Of a stretch of DNA of 64,000 nt, positions 15,751 through 24,411 are shown one piece after another. Position 1 is the first letter of the stretch. Each line of letters begins with the position of its first letter. A program made the position numbers and the translations under genes. Origin of the DNA: a virus. Its lineage: Duplodnaviria > Heunggongvirae > Uroviricota > Caudoviricetes. The notes under the pieces are model-generated. The model saw nothing but the letters and a program-made list of their open reading frames with translations. It was not told where the DNA came from and ran no database searches. The DNA is taken from the IMG/VR virus record IMGVR_UViG_3300021387_000074; one strand, written 5' to 3'.

Positions 15751-18567
15751 ATGAAAAGTTTTAAAGATTTTGTTTTAACCGAAGATACAAACAAGCAAAC
15801 ATTCTTAGACAAATATAAAGAAGACGCAGATAAGGCGATTAATGCCGTTAAACGCTTGCTCGCAAAAGCAAAAAAGGAAAACCTTAAAGATGTAGAAGAC
15901 GCTTGTAATAATGTTCTAAATGCTGCTTCTGTTGTAACTGAAGATGACGAAGTAGACGGAAATAACGCTCTTGATACAGATACAGATACAGATACTACAG
16001 AAGAAAAAAGCCCAGAAGCAGAAGCTATTGAAAAGAAACTAAAAGAACTAGACGCTGTTGTTGCTAAACATGGCATTGATATCAATAAAATGTTTATGGA
16101 CGCTTCTGAAATAGAGCAGGGTGATATCGCAGATCAGGTTATTACTTTTTTAAAAAAACTTGGTGCCGACAAAAATGTAATAATTGGTGCTAGTAATTCA
16201 ATGCTAAAGTTCTTAAATAACGCCGACACAAACAAAGACAGAGTTTTTTCACCAGAAGAAATAAGAGAATTTGTTTCTGCAAAAGATAAAGCAAACTTGG
16301 CTGGCTCTGGAAAAGTAGACGAAACAGTTGCTAGAGTTTTACCATTTGTTTTATTTATTTTATGGGTAAACACAACAGCGCCAGATGTATTGCAGAAAGT
16401 AAGCGAAAAAACACATGGTAGAGCACAAGGCGAAGGTGTTTCAGAAAACTTCAACTCTATAATTAAAGCTGTGTCAGACAAAAGACTGAAATTAGACATC
16501 AAAAACGAGCCATTTAAAATCTTAGGAAATAAATTTGTAAATGACATGCTTTCTGAAGACAAGTACAATGAGCTTGTAGATAAGTTGAATAACATAGCAA
16601 AAGAGATGAAAAAGCCTATCAAAAACCCTACTGAAAAGCCTACTTCACCAAGCAAGAATGAAACTAGCTCTCCAACAAACACTCAGTCTCAAGAAACTCC
16701 AAATAAGGCTAATGAAACAGAAACTCCTTCCAGTAATCAAGAAGAAACTTCTGAGACTCCTAAAACTTCTCCTGAAGGAGCTAATACCGAAGACGAAGAA
16801 GAAGTAAGAAACAGCACTAAGGATTTAATTACAAGTCTTACAAGAGATTCAAAGAAAGAAGAAGTAAACGCTGCTATAGAAAAAGTATTCGGAACCGCCA
16901 CAGATGCAAACGAAGACAGTGATGCAAACAGAGGTACTGTATTTGCAAACTTAGTAGATGCTATAGAAAAAGCAAAGAAGAATAATCAATCTCTTTATGA
17001 CGTTTCTCACACTAAAAAGAATGAAGACGAAGCTGAAGAAAAGCCAGAAGTACAAACAGAAGATTTCTTCTTTGATTGTGCAGATAACAAGCTTATAAAT
17101 GAAACACTTGTTGGAAGAAAAATTGGTGCGGCTCTTGGTAGAGTAAATATAGGCAACAACGAGAGAAATACAAACTCTTGGAATAAATGTTTAATCGACC
17201 TTAGAAAGAAACAAGTTGCAACATTAAATAAAGCAAAAACAATTATGGCTAAAATGTTTGACAATATCAACTCTGTTTCTAAGAAAGGCAATCTTTTGGT
17301 AGACCTTAAAAAACTTGACTCTAACTATAAGTCAAGCATGACAGCCATTTTTATAGATTACAGAAAAGCAAACAGTTATAATGGCATTGGTGCTATGGCA
17401 CACGACTTAAGAGTTGCTGGCTTAAAAGGTGCTAAAAAAGCAAAAGAGGCTGAAGAAAACTCAAAGTTTGGTCAAGAGTCTAAAATTATAAACCAGAACA
17501 TAGAAAACAAAATTGAAAGCATAAACGCTCAGAGTTTGGACAAATATATCCAGGAAGATCTTAGAGATGTTTTTGCGTATGCTGTTTTAAATCAAAGCAA
17601 TCCTATGGTTTTACAAGAGCCAGACGTTGACAGTGATACTGGAAAAATGACTGTTATAAAGTCAGCCTTTAATGCTGTAGCAAACAACAACGAAGTGTTT
17701 GGCGTTGGAAATGAAAGAGAACTTATGGTATTCCTTGGTAAGCTTTTGGAGAAATCTAAAGAAGATCAGGAAATTGGAAGATGGCTTGCTAACTATAAAG
17801 GTGTGTATGATAAAAAGAAGCTTATGAAACCAATCAGAAATGTAATTTTTGATCTTAACAAGGTTTCTGGTTCTATATCTAAGAAGTTATCTAATTCACC
17901 AGACCCTTATGCAGATATTTGTTCTGCTCTTGGTTTAACACAAGAAAACTTGCACGAATGTGTTAAATCATTTAAGGAATATTATTTACTTACAGAACAA
18001 TTATTTAAGAGAAACCCTAAGCCACAGCAATCAGCTACATTCACTGATGAAGAGAAAAAATCTCTTGCAACATTGTGTTTGCTTGCAGCAGTTGGAAAGC
18101 CAAATGATCAAAAACTTTCAGCTTTGAAGACACCTGCAGCATCAATTGTTTTAAGTAAAATAGGTAGGGATGAGGCAATTTCTCAACACTTAACTATAGA
18201 TGACATAATCAAATCTGCTCAAAAGTTTGTTGAAGAAAATAGCGACAAGGTAAACAAGGCTGCTCAGGGACTTATGACTCTTATCAACAAAGAGCCACAA
18301 CCACAACCACAGCCAACAGAGCAACCAACAACACAACCACAGCAACAACAGCCTGCCGCTGGTCAAAATGGACAAACTAATGTAAACGACATATCGGCTC
18401 AAAACGACGACTCTGAAACTGGCGGAACAGATTATCACTATGCTGATGGTGAATCGGTTGTTACAACTCCACAAGCAACAGTAACAACTGGCGCGGTTGG
18501 CGGATACACAATCCCAGATAGGCTGACAAAACAACTAATAAGAAGAAGAATTAAATCATTTGTATAA
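15751..18567 (+). CDS. Large candidate internal head (ejection) protein
   Basis: N-terminal MKSFKDFVLTE resembles T4 capsid-targeting sequences; late motif upstream; low-complexity linkers; C-terminal MCP-like peptide. Confidence 0.65.
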   Translation: MKSFKDFVLTEDTNKQTFLDKYKEDADKAINAVKRLLAKAKKENLKDVEDACNNVLNAASVVTEDDEVDGNNALDTDTDTDTTEEKSPEAEAIEKKLKELDAVVAKHGIDINKMFMDASEIEQGDIADQVITFLKKLGADKNVIIGASNSMLKFLNNADTNKDRVFSPEEIREFVSAKDKANLAGSGKVDETVARVLPFVLFILWVNTTAPDVLQKVSEKTHGRAQGEGVSENFNSIIKAVSDKRLKLDIKNEPFKILGNKFVNDMLSEDKYNELVDKLNNIAKEMKKPIKNPTEKPTSPSKNETSSPTNTQSQETPNKANETETPSSNQEETSETPKTSPEGANTEDEEEVRNSTKDLITSLTRDSKKEEVNAAIEKVFGTATDANEDSDANRGTVFANLVDAIEKAKKNNQSLYDVSHTKKNEDEAEEKPEVQTEDFFFDCADNKLINETLVGRKIGAALGRVNIGNNERNTNSWNKCLIDLRKKQVATLNKAKTIMAKMFDNINSVSKKGNLLVDLKKLDSNYKSSMTAIFIDYRKANSYNGIGAMAHDLRVAGLKGAKKAKEAEENSKFGQESKIINQNIENKIESINAQSLDKYIQEDLRDVFAYAVLNQSNPMVLQEPDVDSDTGKMTVIKSAFNAVANNNEVFGVGNERELMVFLGKLLEKSKEDQEIGRWLANYKGVYDKKKLMKPIRNVIFDLNKVSGSISKKLSNSPDPYADICSALGLTQENLHECVKSFKEYYLLTEQLFKRNPKPQQSATFTDEEKKSLATLCLLAAVGKPNDQKLSALKTPAASIVLSKIGRDEAISQHLTIDDIIKSAQKFVEENSDKVNKAAQGLMTLINKEPQPQPQPTEQPTTQPQQQQPAAGQNGQTNVNDISAQNDDSETGGTDYHYADGESVVTTPQATVTTGAVGGYTIPDRLTKQLIRRRIKSFV

Positions 18568-18572
18568 AAAAT

Positions 18573-18596
18573 AAGCCACCCATTTGGGTGGCTTTT
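18573..18596. terminator. Bidirectional terminator between convergent genes
   Basis: AAGCCACCCA-tt-TGGGTGGCTT. Confidence 0.8.
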
Positions 18597-18623
18597 ATTA
18601 TGCGTGGGTGATTTCATTACATC

Positions 18624-20789
18624 TTATTTCATTGTTGTAAATCCATTTTCATCTGCTTTTATTTCTATAACTTCCTGAATATTTTCCTTAACTGTTGGAT
18701 TATGGCTAACTACATAAACTCTAGCGTCTTCTGCAACATCTTCAAGAATTGATATCGCTGCTTTTATACCAAATTCATCCAAACCGTTATCAAGCAATTC
18801 ATCTACTATTAACAATCCAGACTGATTAGAGAAGAATACTCTACTCAAACCAAATAAAGCAAAAGCTGCTGCTATTTCCATTCTTGTTTTCTGTCCGCGA
18901 CTCAACGAAGCAAATGTTATCTTCTCCCCATCGCACTTTATTGTTTCTACCAAATCTTTGTCAAATTCTACTTCCATTTTTCTATCATTAAAGAAGAAAG
19001 GAAGATATTGATTAATTTTCTCGTTGAAAACTGGAATCATTTCGCCAATAAAGAACTTTTTGAAACCATTCGATTTGTTAGAACAACATTCCTTAAGATA
19101 CTCATAGTGCCTCTTTTCATATTCAATTTCTTCTAAGCTCTTTTTTGTTTCCTCTGTTTTTGACTTAAGTGCTTCGATATCTTCTTTAAGTTTTTCAACA
19201 TAATCTTTGTTGTAAACAGATTTAACACTTCCATTAACTGCAGTAATAATCAAATTGTTATCTGTTTTAATTTTTGCAAGTTCTGCCAGCTTATCGCCGA
19301 TAGAATCAATATACTCTTCTGTATACTTAGGAAGATCAAGTTTAGACTTCTTCTCTTTAAGTTCTGTAATTTCAACAAGAAGTTCAGCCTGTTTTTTACA
19401 ATTTTCTTCGTATGTTTTATCAAACTCAGCTTTGTGTTTTAAAGCATTCAAATACTTCTCGCGAACAACATCAGAGTTAGAAACAAAGTTCTTATCAAGA
19501 TTTTCTCTAATCATATTTACATCAGCAAGGAGAGTATCATAAGTATCCTTAAACTCTGTAAGGTTTACCTTTTCTTCCTCGAGCTGTTTATCAAAATCTT
19601 TAATATCTTCTTCAAGCTCTTTAATTTTCTTTTCAATAATCTCTCTTTTTCTAGCAGTTTCTTCTGCGTCCATTGGATTCCCACAGTATGGACAAATTGC
19701 CTCTTTTACTTTTGTCATATCTTCGTTCTGCTTTTTAAGTTCTTTTTCCGAAGCTTCTTTCTTAGATTTTAAGTTTCTTACTTTTTCCATTGAACTATCA
19801 AGCTGAACTTTTGATTTTTCAATTCCACTTTCTCTTATTTTGATTGTTTCAAGATCTGCTTTATACTTTTCTTCTTTCTTCTTGTTTTCATCAAAATCAA
19901 AATCACCATACTTAACCAGCAATTCTGATTCTTCTTCTGGGAAAGTATTTATAGAGTTCAGTTCGTCATGAAGCTTTTTCTTTTCTTTAATTTGTTTTTC
20001 ATACTCTTCATTCAAAGTAGTATTAGAAAGCTTTGCTTTTTCAGCAGCGACATCTATGAATTCAAGTTCTTTTTCTTCAGCTTCAGCTTCTTCTATTTTC
20101 TTCTGAGCTTCTTCTTTTTGCTGCTTTAACTCAAGCAATTTTTCTTTTGCCTGCTTATTATAATTATCAAGGTTTTCTTGAGCAGATTCTTCTTTCGCTT
20201 TGCTTTCTGTATATCTAACCCTGGCCTCTTCTTCGCCTTTTTCTAACTCTTTTATAATTTTCTTTGCTTCTTCATAGAAATAAGAAATCTCTTTCAAACT
20301 TAAAATATTTTCAAATATAGTAAGTCTATCTGTGTTATTTGCTTTAAAAAAGTCAGCATAAAATTCTGAAGAAAACACTGTAGAGTTTACAAAAGCAACA
20401 TACGGCATTCCGAAATACTCTACTATTTCTTCGTTTGTATCGGCAATGTTTTTACAAGAGATATCTTTATCGCCCTTAAACAGATAAACCTTATCTTTGT
20501 GGGTTGTGTGTGCGCGATATCTTAAAACTTTATAAACTTCGTCATCGTCGCCAACAAACTCTACAGAAACCTTACAATCTTTTCCAATCTTTCTGTTAAC
20601 AACGTCTGCTACTTTTTCCTGTCTTGTTTTACCATAAAGAGCAAACAACATTGCTTCTATAATTGTAGACTTACCAACACCATTCTTTCCAGAAATATTT
20701 GTAATCCCATTTCCAGACAAATCAATTACTGTTTCTTGAGGACCATAACTGAAAAAGTTTTTAATACTTACAGATTTTATATATTTCAT
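18624..20789 (-). CDS. sbcC: SbcC/Rad50/gp46-like recombination ATPase
   Basis: Walker A GKNGVGKS, coiled coil with CPYC zinc hook, LSRGQ signature, LIVDELLD, VVSH. Confidence 0.93.
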   Translation of the reverse strand: MKYIKSVSIKNFFSYGPQETVIDLSGNGITNISGKNGVGKSTIIEAMLFALYGKTRQEKVADVVNRKIGKDCKVSVEFVGDDDEVYKVLRYRAHTTHKDKVYLFKGDKDISCKNIADTNEEIVEYFGMPYVAFVNSTVFSSEFYADFFKANNTDRLTIFENILSLKEISYFYEEAKKIIKELEKGEEEARVRYTESKAKEESAQENLDNYNKQAKEKLLELKQQKEEAQKKIEEAEAEEKELEFIDVAAEKAKLSNTTLNEEYEKQIKEKKKLHDELNSINTFPEEESELLVKYGDFDFDENKKKEEKYKADLETIKIRESGIEKSKVQLDSSMEKVRNLKSKKEASEKELKKQNEDMTKVKEAICPYCGNPMDAEETARKREIIEKKIKELEEDIKDFDKQLEEEKVNLTEFKDTYDTLLADVNMIRENLDKNFVSNSDVVREKYLNALKHKAEFDKTYEENCKKQAELLVEITELKEKKSKLDLPKYTEEYIDSIGDKLAELAKIKTDNNLIITAVNGSVKSVYNKDYVEKLKEDIEALKSKTEETKKSLEEIEYEKRHYEYLKECCSNKSNGFKKFFIGEMIPVFNEKINQYLPFFFNDRKMEVEFDKDLVETIKCDGEKITFASLSRGQKTRMEIAAAFALFGLSRVFFSNQSGLLIVDELLDNGLDEFGIKAAISILEDVAEDARVYVVSHNPTVKENIQEVIEIKADENGFTTMK

Positions 20790-20792
20790 TTA

Positions 20793-21785
20793 TTACCCCT
20801 TCTTTACTCTCTTCAAAACTTCTTTAAAGCAACTAAGAAGTTTTTCATTATTTATATCAGACTTCTTTGTTTCTTTCAAGTATTTTACCATACTCACTGC
20901 AACACCTTCATTTGCATCAATTTTTGAACGAATGGAAGTATCTGCTGTTTCGTTTTTTACAAATTTTGCATTAACTTCTACCGCGCCTTTTGATATCATT
21001 ATATCACGAAGCTTTACAAAGTTCTCTATTTTAGAATCAATAACAACATCGACAATGTTATTATTATAATCTATCGAACTATCAGTTAAAGCGTCAGATA
21101 AACTAACTTCTAAATAATCTGGAGCATCTTTATATTCAACTAGTTCATAATCTGTTCCGTCAATAACGCAGAAATAATGTTCATGTTTTGAAGCTTCATC
21201 TCTTCTAGTTGCATACTGAGAACCAGGGAAAACAATATTTCTTTTTTCTTGCTTTTTATGTAGATGCCCACTTACAACTAAGTCATAATGATCAAAACTG
21301 TCTTCTGTAAATGTTTTATCTTCACATTTTTTCTTTGGATTAAAATAAAAACCATCTACTTCCAAGTGTGTAATCAAAACTTGTCCTTTGTTTGGTAAGT
21401 CGGCTGGGTTCTGAGTATATGATAAGAAATCATAATCCACACCACCAATATTAATTGTTTCTGATTTTTTAATAAAATGTGCAAAAGATTTGAAAGCTTC
21501 GGCTAGACAATCGTTATCATTGTTCATAGAATCGTGATTACCAACAATAATCAAAAGTTCTATACCACTTTCTTTAATTTCGAGAAGTTTATTAAAAAAC
21601 GGAATAAACATTTGGTTTTTAATACTGTTAGAAGTATCGAACAAATCCCCGCCAACTACTATATGTTTTATTTGATTTGCTAAACAGTATTTCTTTAAAT
21701 AGTCTAAGAAATTAAGACATTCTGTGAGTCTTAATAAGTCTTTGTTGATATGTAAATCACAACAAAATGCTATTTTTTCTGCCAT
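20793..21785 (-). CDS. sbcD: SbcD/Mre11/gp47-like nuclease
   Basis: DLH, GDLFD, GNHD, SGHLH metallophosphoesterase motifs; start ATG 21785 after AAAGGAGA. Confidence 0.92.
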   Translation of the reverse strand: MAEKIAFCCDLHINKDLLRLTECLNFLDYLKKYCLANQIKHIVVGGDLFDTSNSIKNQMFIPFFNKLLEIKESGIELLIIVGNHDSMNNDNDCLAEAFKSFAHFIKKSETINIGGVDYDFLSYTQNPADLPNKGQVLITHLEVDGFYFNPKKKCEDKTFTEDSFDHYDLVVSGHLHKKQEKRNIVFPGSQYATRRDEASKHEHYFCVIDGTDYELVEYKDAPDYLEVSLSDALTDSSIDYNNNIVDVVIDSKIENFVKLRDIMISKGAVEVNAKFVKNETADTSIRSKIDANEGVAVSMVKYLKETKKSDINNEKLLSCFKEVLKRVKKG

Positions 21786-21823
21786 ACTTTCTCCTTTACG
21801 AAAAAAAGCATAACTCCGAAGCA

Positions 21824-22333
21824 TTAATCTGTCAAGAAAGTTAAACTTCCTTCTGGTACAATATCCCAAAGAGAATACTGTTCTATTTCTTTCTTAGATA
21901 CTTTAGCCTTTTGTCTTTTACAGTTTATTATAAAATCTGGTTTTAAATTTTTCAATGTCCAACACTTCTTAAATTCGTTATCCCAATATTTATTAAATGT
22001 ATAACATCTTCTAGGTATATGGAAAGTAACACCCCATACTTCCCCATAGTTATCAAATGTCATACCTTCTTTGAATTCTGACTGTAAGTGATTTTTTAAG
22101 TCTTCTTTGGAAAAGCCTAGTATTTCAGACCATCTAAATGGCCCATCATATTTTAAGCAATAACGAACATTTTGTTTGATATTCTTATCTATGCTTGAGA
22201 CTTTATTCTTTTTTTTCTTTCTTGATAGGCAGGCTTTACAAATAGATTTATGTCCATCTTTTTTGCTTTTGTCTTTATGAAACTCGCTTAAATCCTTTTC
22301 CTGCCCACATCTTTTGCATCTTTTCTTTTCCAT
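21824..22333 (-). CDS. Zinc-finger plus degenerate HNH-like protein
   Basis: CKRC...CKAC finger; LKNHLQSEF.EGMTFDNYG.VW..HIP...NLKP resembles phage HNH nucleases but lacks HIDH. Confidence 0.65.
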   Translation of the reverse strand: MEKKRCKRCGQEKDLSEFHKDKSKKDGHKSICKACLSRKKKKNKVSSIDKNIKQNVRYCLKYDGPFRWSEILGFSKEDLKNHLQSEFKEGMTFDNYGEVWGVTFHIPRRCYTFNKYWDNEFKKCWTLKNLKPDFIINCKRQKAKVSKKEIEQYSLWDIVPEGSLTFLTD

Positions 22334-22334
22334 C

Positions 22335-23144
22335 TTAGCTATAATAATTAACCAATTGGTCAATTATTTCATTTGTAAATTTAGGGAACTTAATTTTAAG
22401 CTCTGCTCTAAATTTCTCCTCGTTTGTTATTACCGTTTCTTCTATTTCTTTTTTTAGATTTCTGTATTTTTGGGCGGTTAATTCTACGATTTCGTCGGCA
22501 CCTTTTTTTATTCTATTGCCATACTTTTCATCGATTTCATCAATTATGTCTTTTCTTAAATATTGGATTTTATCTTCAAAAACTAACTTTGAGAGTAAGT
22601 AGCAATTTTCACCAATTGCTTTAATTTCTGCTTCTGTTTTATCTTCAAAATGGTCAGCTCTGATTGCGCTGCAAATTTGATCTTTTAATGTTTCTTTAAC
22701 TAAATCTACTAAGAAACCATAAATAGTGATTTGATAGTTATCTTCTTGTGTTAGCTCTTCTTTTTTCTTTTTAAGAATATTACCATAGTCTAATTTTGCG
22801 ATACCTACGCCACTTTCTATTCTTGAAGTAGCATATCTGACACAGTTATTAATTACTTCGTTTGTTTTTCTTTCTATTCCTTTGGACACTTCGTTCTTCC
22901 AGCTAATAATAGAACTACTTAACAAAGCAGCATCTCTTATAATATCTGCTTCAAATTCTTCTCTGCTTTTTACTTCTTTTTTTCCAAGCTTGAGTTTTAA
23001 ACCTTCTTTTCCAGCTTCTGCTTCTACGCCATTACCGTTCTTCGCTGCTTTTATTAACAATATTATAACTGGAATCGCTATAGCTACGAATACTCCTATT
23101 ACGATAATAGCTATAATTGGATGTCCATCAAAAAAATTCCACAT
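22335..23144 (-). CDS. Single-pass membrane protein, late motif upstream
   Basis: N-terminal hydrophobic helix IIAIIVIGVFVAIAIPVIILLI; GAGG RBS; AAGTTAAT at 23161-23168. Confidence 0.7.
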   Translation of the reverse strand: MWNFFDGHPIIAIIVIGVFVAIAIPVIILLIKAAKNGNGVEAEAGKEGLKLKLGKKEVKSREEFEADIIRDAALLSSSIISWKNEVSKGIERKTNEVINNCVRYATSRIESGVGIAKLDYGNILKKKKEELTQEDNYQITIYGFLVDLVKETLKDQICSAIRADHFEDKTEAEIKAIGENCYLLSKLVFEDKIQYLRKDIIDEIDEKYGNRIKKGADEIVELTAQKYRNLKKEIEETVITNEEKFRAELKIKFPKFTNEIIDQLVNYYS

Positions 23145-23182
23145 TTTCAACCTCTACTAAATTAACTTAGTTGAAGTATAAT

Positions 23183-23206
23183 AAAAAAGGCTAGCAAACG
23201 CTAGCC
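23183..23206 (-). terminator. Intrinsic terminator after hsp20
   Basis: GGCTAGC-N4-GCTAGCC with a T-tract on the minus strand. Confidence 0.75.
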
Positions 23207-23213
23207 CTAAACT

Positions 23214-23657
23214 TTATTTAATTTCTACTTTTTTTATTTTATTTTCTAGTTTTTTTTCTCTTGCAGGAACGGATATTACAAGAATACCATCTTTGAATTC
23301 TGCATTTGCTTTTTCGAAATCGAATTTATCTTCTGGTATAAAATACTTATAAGAAAATTCTATATCTTTAAAAGTATCTACCAAAATCTTTGCTTTTGGT
23401 TTTGGTTTAAAAGCTTCTTCAGCTTCCCCTCTTTTTCTCTTACCGTAGTCTTTTGTAGTAGAAAGAATTAAACAGTCTTTTCCAAAAGAAATATCCAAGT
23501 CTTCTTTTGAATAACCTGCCAAAGCAAACTTAAAAGTAACTTTGTTGTCTCTCTTAATTACTTTTAATGGCGGGAACGAAGGTACTGAATACTTAGTACC
23601 AGTAAAGAATGAATCGTCGAACAATTTCGACATCTCATCAAACAAATCATTAAACAT
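23214..23657 (-). CDS. Small heat shock protein (Hsp20/alpha-crystallin)
   Basis: FPP...ALAGYSKEDLDI...AEFKDGILVISVP...KVEIK. Confidence 0.9.
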   Translation of the reverse strand: MFNDLFDEMSKLFDDSFFTGTKYSVPSFPPLKVIKRDNKVTFKFALAGYSKEDLDISFGKDCLILSTTKDYGKRKRGEAEEAFKPKPKAKILVDTFKDIEFSYKYFIPEDKFDFEKANAEFKDGILVISVPAREKKLENKIKKVEIK

Positions 23658-23694
23658 ATATATCTCCTTGCCTAATCCCTGACTTTACAGGCAA

Positions 23695-24411
23695 TCAGGA
23701 CTTAAATTTCAGAAACATCCCTACTGTTTTATCAAAATTAACTTTCTTTTTCCAGCTTTCATCTTTAGACATAACACTTATGGCACCCGCTATTGTTGCT
23801 ATATAAACTGGTTTAACTCCGACATAAACAGTATTATTTATTTTACTATATTTATATTCAAACATAGAAACAGAATCCATTTTTAAGTGTTTTCTTGATA
23901 CATCTTCAACTATCCCGAAAATATTCTTTCTGAGTTCTGGATACTGCTTTAGTTTTCTTCTAAACCTTTCAGCGATATACTTACCATACTCAAACTCATT
24001 GCCATAAACAAGCATCATATATGGTAATTGCCTACCAAGTTTGTAAGTTTTTGACATTCCAAGGGTAGCAAAAGTTGTATAATTTTTCAACCCATCTTCT
24101 AGCCAGCTATCTATATCAAACACAAACTTTGAAATCTGGTTGTTAAAATCAACAAGTTTTATATACTTTCTATCCTGCGGTTTTATCCAGGCGTTTAACT
24201 TCTGTTTTAACACATTCTGGTCTACTTTTAAATCACCAGTATGTGGCAAATTATTAAAACACATATTGTTAAAAGTAAAGATGTAAGTATCGCTCTGAAT
24301 TCTTGAGCTAACAATTAGAGGATTTATAGAAAAATCTGTAACTGGCTTACTCGAAACACCATCTAGCCTTCCTTGTAAGCCTTTAAGTGGATACAAGTTA
24401 TCAGGAATCAT
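23695..24411 (-). CDS. Hypothetical protein
   Basis: 238-aa ORF translationally coupled to upstream gene (TAATG). Confidence 0.75.
   Translation of the reverse strand: MIPDNLYPLKGLQGRLDGVSSKPVTDFSINPLIVSSRIQSDTYIFTFNNMCFNNLPHTGDLKVDQNVLKQKLNAWIKPQDRKYIKLVDFNNQISKFVFDIDSWLEDGLKNYTTFATLGMSKTYKLGRQLPYMMLVYGNEFEYGKYIAERFRRKLKQYPELRKNIFGIVEDVSRKHLKMDSVSMFEYKYSKINNTVYVGVKPVYIATIAGAISVMSKDESWKKKVNFDKTVGMFLKFKS

Noticed and set aside
15973-15996. GATACA tandem repeat (DTDTDTDT)
   Set aside because: In-frame low-complexity linker; no phase-variation signature
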